Shown: piece by piece, positions 57,911-64,000 of the stretch
How the letters are laid out: each line of letters opens with the position of its first letter
Numbering within the stretch: the stretch's first letter is position 1
DNA from: Candidatus Caccovivens sp.
GTDB taxonomy: Bacteria; Bacillota; Clostridia; Christensenellales; UBA1242
DNA length: 64,000 nt
NCBI GenBank assembly: GCA_051888935.1
Contig: JBJFCL010000001.1
Span: forward strand, 2,852-66,851
Direction of reading: 5' to 3'
The notes under the pieces: model-generated
The model's database searches: none
What the model was told of the DNA's origin: nothing
Seen by the model: the letters and a program-made list of their open reading frames with translations, nothing else
Program-made: the position numbers and the translations under genes

Positions 57911-58690
57911 TTATAGAACAAGGCTTCTTTTATATTCTGGCACAATCACTTCAATTTCTGGGTGTTTTTCTTTCATTACTTTGACAAAATGTGAAGTGTC
58001 AATGTGACCAGTGATTGGTGGAAAAGCATCGTCAAAATGATCCAAAATTATCTTTTTTGGCGCAAGTTTTTCGATGATAGGCAAGGAATATTTGGTCATG
58101 TTGCTTCTTCCTTGAAAAGGCCAAATCAAGACATCGACATTTTTTGGCAAATCAATGCTTTCATCAAATCCGGCAGAACCAAAAATTAAAATCTTTTTGT
58201 TTTCGGCGCAAATTTCATATGCCACAATATCTCCGCCCATGCGAAAATCATTATGCAGACTCAAAATTTCCACCGCTTTGTGAATTTTGCATTTGAAAAT
58301 GGTGCGTAAAGCAGTTTTGAGCACAATTCCAAAGTCATTGACAACATGCTTTGTGCGATAAAGTTTGACTTCACTGTGTTTTGTTTTTAGGCTTTCGTGT
58401 GGGCACAAAATCTCAACCTTGTTTTCAACATCAACGCCTTGCGTTTCCAATCGCATGTATGCTGTTGGAGTTCCGTATAGATGTGCATTTGATTTTTCCA
58501 AAATTGTTGGCAGGTCACAAAGGTGGTCAAAATGAGGGTGGGTGTTGAAGATATAATCCACATTGCAAAATTCTTCCAATGCGGGTTGTTCCAATTTTTT
58601 GTTTCGTCTAAAAAATGGGTCAAACAGCAATTTTTCGCCGTTGATATCCAGCATTATTGTTGCTGTGCCATACCAAGTTATGTTTATCAT
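57911..58690 (-). CDS. MBL-fold metallo-hydrolase
   Basis: NTHPHFDHLCD (HxHxDH) motif. 259 aa. Confidence 0.85.
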   Translation of the reverse strand: MINITWYGTATIMLDINGEKLLFDPFFRRNKKLEQPALEEFCNVDYIFNTHPHFDHLCDLPTILEKSNAHLYGTPTAYMRLETQGVDVENKVEILCPHESLKTKHSEVKLYRTKHVVNDFGIVLKTALRTIFKCKIHKAVEILSLHNDFRMGGDIVAYEICAENKKILIFGSAGFDESIDLPKNVDVLIWPFQGRSNMTKYSLPIIEKLAPKKIILDHFDDAFPPITGHIDTSHFVKVMKEKHPEIEVIVPEYKRSLVL

Positions 58691-58696
58691 AAATCT

Positions 58697-58725
58697 ATTT
58701 TATCACGAACGCCATTTTTCGACAA
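58697..58725 (-). promoter_or_regulatory. Promoter placed for a leaderless MBL-hydrolase mRNA
   Basis: On the minus strand: TTGTCG, 17 nt, TGaTAAAAT, then 6 nt to the ATG (58690). No SD. Confidence 0.55.
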
Positions 58726-58830
58726 GCGAATTATCATATTTATCTTGTTGCAAATCACCATGAGAAGTAAATTTGAATATTATGCTTATAGAAGCACAAA
58801 CTGTGTTTCAAATTTCAAGGAGAAAAGAAT

Positions 58831-59127
58831 ATGAACTTCAATAATGATGAAAACTGCTGTTTCATCGTCATCAAACACCCATGTGGCAACACTTGGGATT
58901 CTTGCAATAGAAATTTTCCGCAAGAAATAAGATTCAAAGATGACAGATTTGATGACAACTGGAACGATTGTGACAACGATTGGGACGACTTTGACTGGGA
59001 TAGAGACAGAAGACAATGCGGTTGTCGATGCAATTGCAACAGACATAACAACAGAAGATGTGACCGCCATGATGATCGAAACAATAGAAGACGCTGTGGC
59101 TGTTTCAATCTTTTTAGATGTTGCTAA
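58831..59127 (+). CDS. Cys/Asp/Arg/Asn-rich small protein (98 aa), function unknown
   Basis: AAGGAGA 7 nt upstream of the ATG. 14 Cys, 17 Asp, 16 Arg and 17 Asn. Ends in ...RRRCGCFNLFRCC. Confidence 0.6.
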   Translation: MNFNNDENCCFIVIKHPCGNTWDSCNRNFPQEIRFKDDRFDDNWNDCDNDWDDFDWDRDRRQCGCRCNCNRHNNRRCDRHDDRNNRRRCGCFNLFRCC

Positions 59128-59182
59128 GAAAAAAGGTGGCCTTTTTGGCTGCCGATACATATCTTCCCTTGAAAAAATTAAC

Positions 59183-59214
59183 AAAAAAAATACCAATCGC
59201 GTTTGGTATTTTTT
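59183..59214. terminator. Bidirectional intrinsic terminator
   Basis: A8, ATACCAA (59190-59196) / TTGGTAT (59203-59209), T5. Confidence 0.7.
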
Positions 59215-59236
59215 ATTAGAGTGCATTTTGTGCGTA

Positions 59237-59656
59237 TCATGGTTCTATTTTTAATTTATTCTCTTCTTGTTTCTTTGTATCTAACATCATAAGAATCAAA
59301 TTTATAACTTCGTCATAATTTGGAGGTTTCACATTGCCGTAACATGTTTTTGTTTCAGAATTTGAATAAAAAAATTTTAAATACCAACTAGGTGAATCCG
59401 TCGTATTAAATGAAATATAAATAGTTTTCCAATCTTTTGTAAGTTCATCAATTCGATTAAAGGTTTCTTCAACATCAATATTTTCAATCAAATATGTAGA
59501 CACAAAGTTTCCATATGGGTCATTTGGAAAAGAAGTTTTATTTTTTGTTGTTACTTTTTTAAGATTTCTGTCTATCTCACGTGTTGTTGTGCTTGAATAT
59601 AACCTATGACCACTTGTTTCCCAAATTATTTTAGTAAGTTTACAATTATTTTGCAT
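59237..59656 (-). CDS. Small soluble protein (139 aa), function unknown; second gene of the XRE-linked cassette
   Basis: GAGGTG 5 nt upstream of the ATG for MQNNCKL. Start lies 19 nt after the stop of the upstream gene. Trimmed from track ORF 59237..59767. Confidence 0.55.
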   Translation of the reverse strand: MQNNCKLTKIIWETSGHRLYSSTTTREIDRNLKKVTTKNKTSFPNDPYGNFVSTYLIENIDVEETFNRIDELTKDWKTIYISFNTTDSPSWYLKFFYSNSETKTCYGNVKPPNYDEVINLILMMLDTKKQEENKLKIEP

Positions 59657-59675
59657 ATACACCTCACTTGTTATT

Positions 59676-60311
59676 CTATTTAGATTTTTTAATTGTTCCA
59701 TCAAAATATATTTGTTCGTCAATAATATTCTCAAACTTTTCTTGAATTTCCAAAATCTTGGTTCCAAATTGGTTTAAGTCAATCAAAATTTGCTGTTGAT
59801 TTGTTGGATTTGAAGTAAATTCATTAAATTCATTCATAACTTTGTTAAATTTTTCTGGGGAAAGTTTTGCTTTAAAATCAACTAAGTTTATTGCACACAT
59901 TGCGATTTCTGACATTGAAAAATATTCTAACTCACCTTCGTAAAGATTTTGAATTTTTTGAGAGTCTGATTTTTCTACAAATTCTTTTTCTTTGTCATTT
60001 ATACATTTTATCATACTTTCGACTTCTTTAATAGCATTTTCTTTTTGAAAAATTGCAATGATAAAAGGTATTACAACAAATCCTATAAAAATAGCCCACC
60101 AAACAGATTTGAAAACAGTAAACATAAGTACAATTGCAGCAATCATAATAAATGAATGAATAAAAGTGCTGATAATAAATTTTCTTCGTATCATTTTATA
60201 TTTGTTTGAAAGTGTCAATGTATATGGCAACCCATAAAATAAACAAAGAAACAATTGAAATGGAGAAAATATCCCTAATATAAAAGATACTATTAAAGCC
60301 AAAAACCACAT
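59676..60311 (-). CDS. Three-TM membrane protein with a helical cytoplasmic C-terminal domain (211 aa), function unknown
   Basis: AGGAGG RBS. Hydrophobic segments at roughly residues 2-27, 45-65 and 69-88. Confidence 0.65.
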   Translation of the reverse strand: MWFLALIVSFILGIFSPFQLFLCLFYGLPYTLTLSNKYKMIRRKFIISTFIHSFIMIAAIVLMFTVFKSVWWAIFIGFVVIPFIIAIFQKENAIKEVESMIKCINDKEKEFVEKSDSQKIQNLYEGELEYFSMSEIAMCAINLVDFKAKLSPEKFNKVMNEFNEFTSNPTNQQQILIDLNQFGTKILEIQEKFENIIDEQIYFDGTIKKSK

Positions 60312-60337
60312 AAAAAACCTCCTTGAACAAATTATAT

Positions 60338-60384
60338 TTCTTACAGTTGTAAGAAGTCAAGTATATTTCTTACAATTGTGAGAA
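60338..60384. promoter_or_regulatory. Two operator-like palindromes, TTCTTACA-N2-TGTAAGAA
   Basis: Perfect 8+8 inverted repeat at 60338-60355 and a one-mismatch copy at 60367-60384. 12-nt direct repeat ATATTTCTTACA with 29-bp spacing. The second site overlaps TGaGAAAAT (60379-60387). Confidence 0.65.
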
Positions 60385-60393
60385 AATATTGTC

Positions 60394-60606
60394 ATGGACT
60401 ATAAAAATGAATTTAAAGACAATTTAAAACTACTAAGACAAGAAAAGCATATTGGACAAGTTGAACTTGCAAAACAGATTGGTGTGAGCAATGGGATTAT
60501 CAGTTTGTGGGAAAACGGATTGAGGGAGCCAAATATGTCTTCGCTTATTGCACTTGCCAAATTTTTTAATGTTAGTATTGATTATTTGGTAGGTTTGGAA
60601 AAATAA
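60394..60606 (+). CDS. XRE-family HTH regulator, 70-aa paralogue F
   Basis: LKLLRQEKHIGQVELAKQIGVSNGIISLWE...SIDYLVGLEK. No SD; the -10-like box lies 6 nt from the ATG. Confidence 0.85.
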   Translation: MDYKNEFKDNLKLLRQEKHIGQVELAKQIGVSNGIISLWENGLREPNMSSLIALAKFFNVSIDYLVGLEK

Positions 60607-60635
60607 AAACTCAGTTGAAGTCAACTGAGTTTTTT
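60605..60635 (+). terminator. Intrinsic terminator
   Basis: CTCAGTTGA (60610-60618) / TCAACTGAG (60621-60629), then T6. Confidence 0.75.
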
Positions 60636-60834
60636 GGTAGTCTTAATAAAATCGCAAGGAAATATTTGCATGAAAGCAATTGTGTCTAATGAAGTCGTGA
60701 TGACAAGGAGAGAATGCTTGCTTGCAAGGGCATTCTCGACGCAGTCAACTGGGGTTCGATTCTGAGAGCGAAGCGAACAATTTGCCAACGGCAAATTTAT
60801 TAGGACAAATATAAATTTATGTTTTTAAAATGGT

Positions 60835-60909
60835 TGGTAGTCCTAAGGGGAATCGAACCCCTGATTCCGCCGTGAGAGGGCGGCGTCTTAACCGCTTGAC
60901 CATAGGACC
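60835..60909 (-). tRNA. tRNA-Glu (anticodon CTC), CCA encoded
   Basis: Reverse complement GGTCCTA-TG-GTC..GAC-G-CCGCC-CTCTCAC-GGCGG-AATC-AGGGG-TTCGATT-CCCCT-TAGGACT-A-CCA. G1:U72 wobble. Confidence 0.88.
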
Positions 60910-61036
60910 ATGCTCGTTTGCGTTAATATCATAGCATTATTTACAAAAAAAAGCAAGATTTTTTAAATATTTCAAGATTTTTATTTTTCAAGTTGACTTT
61001 TTGATGGCGCGGTTATAGAATATTAACGGAGTTTTT

Positions 61037-61474
61037 ATGAAAATTAATTTAAAACTATATTTCAAGATTATGTCTAATGTTATGCTAATTTTTGGAATTT
61101 TGTGGTGTTGCACCATTGTTGGTCTTATTTGGGGAATTCCAATTATCATTGGCTCACGAGAAATGAAAAAAGCGGAGAATTATAGCATAGAACAATTAAA
61201 ACGAAATAACCTCACTTTGCTTGTTTGGGTAATTGTGTTTGGTGCTTTTACATCACCGGTTGGGCTTGTTGCTGTTGTGTTTGGTGTGTTTGTTTATAAT
61301 ATGATTGAACAAGAAAAAACTGATGGAAAAGTGGAAATCATCATTGAAGAAAGGGCAGACAATGAGACTGAAAAGATAAAGGAAAAAATCGAGGAACTAG
61401 ACAAACTTCACAAGGCTGGAATAATAACAGATAATGAATACAATCAAATGAGAAAAAAAATTTTGGGGCTGTAA
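61037..61474 (+). CDS. Membrane protein with a C-terminal SHOCT-like motif
   Basis: Two TM regions. C-terminus LDKLHKAGIITDNEYNQMRKKILGL. Confidence 0.65.
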   Translation: MKINLKLYFKIMSNVMLIFGILWCCTIVGLIWGIPIIIGSREMKKAENYSIEQLKRNNLTLLVWVIVFGAFTSPVGLVAVVFGVFVYNMIEQEKTDGKVEIIIEERADNETEKIKEKIEELDKLHKAGIITDNEYNQMRKKILGL

Positions 61475-61566
61475 AGGACTATTTGTAAAATATTTAAAAA
61501 TTTTTAACAAAATGCTTGTGTTTAATATTTTTTCGTGTTAAAATAGACAAATAAAAGAGGGGTAAA

Positions 61567-61983
61567 ATGAAACTTAAAAAGTCGGTCAACAAATTTTATA
61601 AGAAAATTAAGTTGATAATTTACAAAAATATGTTCAATCGCATCAAGGACAAGGAAGAGGCTCTTTCTTCGTCTGAGTATTTTTGCCTTGAATGTATTTA
61701 TCTTATGGGAAATCCGACTGTTTCTCAATTTGCCAACTTTTTGGATATCTCTTCACCAAATGCCACATACAAAATCAAACAACTCATAAAGAAAGGATTT
61801 ATCACAAAAGAAAAATCCAAGACTGACGGAAGAGAATATCTTTTGAAAGTAACTCAAAAATTCTATGATTTTTACGAAAATAAAGAAGATTATGTTCTGG
61901 TCAACGATTTAAAACAAAACTTGGATAAAAAAGAATGCAAAAAAATTGATAAAATCATGAAAATTATTACTGAACAAATTTAA
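61567..61983 (+). CDS. MarR-family (winged-helix) transcriptional regulator
   Basis: 138 aa. TVSQFANFLDISSPNATYKIKQLIKKGFITKEKSKTDGREYLLKVT wHTH pattern. Confidence 0.55.
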   Translation: MKLKKSVNKFYKKIKLIIYKNMFNRIKDKEEALSSSEYFCLECIYLMGNPTVSQFANFLDISSPNATYKIKQLIKKGFITKEKSKTDGREYLLKVTQKFYDFYENKEDYVLVNDLKQNLDKKECKKIDKIMKIITEQI

Positions 61984-62011
61984 AAAACATGAATTTAATT
62001 CATGTTTTTTT
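61983..62011. terminator. Bidirectional intrinsic terminator
   Basis: A-run, CATGAA / TTCATG, T7, between convergent marR-like and glmM. Confidence 0.7.
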
Positions 62012-62012
62012 G

Positions 62013-63314
62013 TTAAATATTTTCAATATTGTCTTTTATTTGATTGGAAAATTGTTTTGCCATTTCAATTTCTGGGTGCTCCACCATAATTCTTATCTTT
62101 TCTTCCGTTCCGCTTGCTCTAACCATAACGCGTCCAGCAGGGGCAATTCTGTTGACAATTTCTGTGATTAAATTTTTGAGATTTTCGTTGTTCATAACTT
62201 TAAATTTATCTCTAACAACCAGATTGAGGTTGGATTGTGGAATCAATTTCGCATCAAAGAGTTCTTCCAAACTTTTACCAGTCTTTTTTATTATTTCACA
62301 AATTTTGAGAGCAGTTAAAATGCCATCGCCAGTTTGTGCATATGTTTTTATGATAATATGTCCAGATTGTTCACCTCCAAGAGAGAGGTTCATTTTTTTC
62401 ATGGCGTCAATCACATATTTGTCTCCAATATCTGTGCGAATGAGATTTATCTTGTGTCGATTTAGTGCCACCATTATTCCGCTGTTTGTGTGACTTGTTC
62501 CAACAACAGAATTGGCATACAAAAGTCCCTGTTGTTTCATGTAAACAGCCAAGATATAAAGCAGTTTGTCACCGTCAAAAACCTCGCCACTTTTGCTCAC
62601 TGCAATCACTCTGTCGGCGTCACCATCAAATGCAAAACCGAGGTCAGCGTTATTTTTTTCCACTTGTTTTTGAAGATTTTCGATGTGAAGTGAACCGCAA
62701 TTTTGATTTATTTTTTCACCATTTCCATTGCATGCATATTTTAGCACTTGTGCACCTGTGGATTTGAATACTTTTGGTGCTATTTTGTAACTTGCGCCAT
62801 TTGAGGCGTCTAAACATATCTTTAAACCTTCAAGTGAGCAAGATAAACTGCACAATAGATGATTTACATATTTGTTTTTTAGTTGTTCATCTTCTTTGTA
62901 TTTTCCGCACCTATCGCATATGTAATTATTTTTTAAAAATTCTTCCAAAAATTCCTCTTCATTTTCCGATAGTTTTTGCCCTGTTTTATCAAAAATTTTG
63001 ATGCCATTGTAATTCGGTGGGTTGTGAGATGCTGTTATCATAATTCCGTAGTCAAAGTTTTCACTTTCAGTCAAAAAAGATATTCCAGCAGTTGGAATAC
63101 AGCCAACATTTGTCACACTTCCTCCACCTTGGACGATACCTGCACAAAGCGCAAGACACAATGCATCGGCAGAAACTCTTGTGTCATGCCCGATGATAAC
63201 ATTTGGTTTACATTTTGTTTGCGTCAAAGCGTTTCCAACAGCAAATGCCAAACTGGTCGTTAAATTTTTGCCGTATTCACCTCTTATTCCATCAGTTCCA
63301 AAATAATTTGCCAT
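62013..63314 (-). CDS. glmM: Phosphoglucosamine mutase
   Basis: ITASHNPPNYNGIKIF phosphoserine loop and GFAFDGDADR metal loop. Confidence 0.93.
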   Translation of the reverse strand: MANYFGTDGIRGEYGKNLTTSLAFAVGNALTQTKCKPNVIIGHDTRVSADALCLALCAGIVQGGGSVTNVGCIPTAGISFLTESENFDYGIMITASHNPPNYNGIKIFDKTGQKLSENEEEFLEEFLKNNYICDRCGKYKEDEQLKNKYVNHLLCSLSCSLEGLKICLDASNGASYKIAPKVFKSTGAQVLKYACNGNGEKINQNCGSLHIENLQKQVEKNNADLGFAFDGDADRVIAVSKSGEVFDGDKLLYILAVYMKQQGLLYANSVVGTSHTNSGIMVALNRHKINLIRTDIGDKYVIDAMKKMNLSLGGEQSGHIIIKTYAQTGDGILTALKICEIIKKTGKSLEELFDAKLIPQSNLNLVVRDKFKVMNNENLKNLITEIVNRIAPAGRVMVRASGTEEKIRIMVEHPEIEMAKQFSNQIKDNIENI

Positions 63315-63429
63315 TTTTTTTACTCCACAAGTTTTTATATGACGATAAAATGTATTTTGTTTTTATTTATTTGATTTTGTTTGTTAAAATCTATATAATA
63401 TAACTAGACCATACAAAGGAGAGGAGCTT

Positions 63430-64000
63430 ATGATAGATAAAGACGGAGTAGAGAGACCAGACGCTCCTGACGAAAACATACTTAAAATAAAACATGATAA
63501 ACGCAAAATTGCTTTTGATGGAGATTACAATTTCAAGCCACACAATATTTTTTTTCGCATGTGGGCGTCTTTTTTTAGAGTAATTGCAATAACCATCTTG
63601 AATCCATACATAAGAATAAAATACAAATTTACAATTTTTAATTCCAAAAACAAAGATAAATTAAAAGGCAAACCTTTTATCATGACCAGCAATCATGTGC
63701 ATATTTTTGATGATGTTTCCATTGGAACAAATCTGTTTTGTTGGCGAAAGATTTATTTTACAACACTTGACAGAAACATAAAAAGACCGATGGTTGGTTT
63801 TTGGCTTAGGTCTCTTGGAGGAATTCCAATTCCAGCAGGTAGTTTGTCAGGAATGAAAAGATTTAATGAAGATATCAGTTATCTTTTAAGAAAAGGAAAG
63901 CCAATTCTTTACAATCCTGAGGGTTCGCTTTGGCCTTATTACAGAGAAATCCGTCCTTATAAGCGTGGGGCGTTTTCAATGGCAGTAAAAAATGATGTGC
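63430..64000 (+). CDS. plsC: 1-acyl-sn-glycerol-3-phosphate acyltransferase family protein (5' part, runs off the window)
   Basis: Hand translation MIDKDGVERP...TSNHVHIFDD (NHxxxxD) ...YNPEGSLWP. AAGGAGAGGAG RBS. No stop before the window end. Confidence 0.75.
   Translation, partial: MIDKDGVERPDAPDENILKIKHDKRKIAFDGDYNFKPHNIFFRMWASFFRVIAITILNPYIRIKYKFTIFNSKNKDKLKGKPFIMTSNHVHIFDDVSIGTNLFCWRKIYFTTLDRNIKRPMVGFWLRSLGGIPIPAGSLSGMKRFNEDISYLLRKGKPILYNPEGSLWPYYREIRPYKRGAFSMAVKNDV

Noticed and set aside
58786-59226. Alternative ORFs over the Cys/Asp/Arg-rich gene: 58786..59226 (minus), 58815..59108 (minus) and 58940..59254 (plus).
   Set aside because: The GAY/CGN-rich repetitive composition keeps several frames open. 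Only 58831..59127 (plus) has a strong, correctly spaced RBS and a downstream terminator. This remains an inference.
60751-60762. GGGGTTCGATTC T-loop-like motif on the plus strand, considered as a second tRNA or a tmRNA 3' end.
   Set aside because: The flanks (CTGGGG / CTGAGA) cannot form a T stem, and no acceptor stem or CCA follows. At best it is a decayed fragment.
60670-60765. 31-aa ORF (MKAIVSNEVVMTRRECLLARAFSTQSTGVRF) in the spacer downstream of tRNA-Glu.
   Set aside because: It has only a weak AAGGA 9 nt upstream, no recognisable features, and overlaps the hairpins. There is not enough evidence to call a gene.
1-64000. Searched by eye for CRISPR arrays, IS elements, transposases, integrases, prophage structural genes, rRNA, tmRNA, RNase P RNA, SRP RNA, reverse transcriptases and DGR or retron signatures.
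   Set aside because: I saw no regularly spaced direct repeats, no recombinase-like ORF and no large non-coding gap with the conserved motifs of these RNAs. This was a visual survey without covariance models, so small RNAs cannot be excluded.

Overview
Low-GC Firmicutes (Clostridia-like) chromosomal segment that uses the standard genetic code, since TGA terminates conserved genes. Most of it is conserved housekeeping.

Gene content, in order:
- An ABC exporter, tRNA-Asn and a GT28 glycolipid glycosyltransferase.
- The complete S10-spc-alpha ribosomal superoperon, rpsJ through rplQ (4.8-20.5 kb), including secY, adk, map, a KOW protein, infA and rpmJ.
- murB-dtd-PHP-whiA-dnaE, then patatin, a ComEC-type MBL protein and tkt.
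- Sporulation-linked cwlD and spoIIE followed by tilS.
- degV, galU and tyrS.
- A minus-strand yigZ-recX-acpS-mazEF block.
- A trimmed rpoZ-priA-def-fmt-rlmN-rsgA-rpe operon.
- tRNA-Glu(CUC), marR, glmM and the start of plsC.

I found no CRISPR array, transposase, integrase, rRNA or prophage structural genes.

Accessory material sits in small islets, each organised around short XRE-family HTH genes. There are six in the window, and five are clear 67-70 aa paralogues. Each has palindromic operator-like repeats that can be read directly in the DNA.

The most interesting points, all unproven:
1. An XRE-controlled two-gene cassette (a 3-TM protein plus a small soluble protein) next to tRNA-Glu, at 59.2-60.6 kb.
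2. A module of two XRE paralogues flanking a small unknown gene, with three copies of CTGA(T/C)-N5-ATCAG, at 50.5-51.3 kb.
3. A 98-aa protein that is 65 percent Cys/Asp/Arg/Asn, at 58.8-59.1 kb.
4. A recurring promoter layout, TGn plus a -10 box and then exactly 6 nt to the ATG with no Shine-Dalgarno, which predicts several leaderless mRNAs.
5. A MazF toxin paired with a non-canonical acidic partner.

Nothing here can be called a new system from sequence alone. Every functional call rests on motif recognition by eye, not on database searches.
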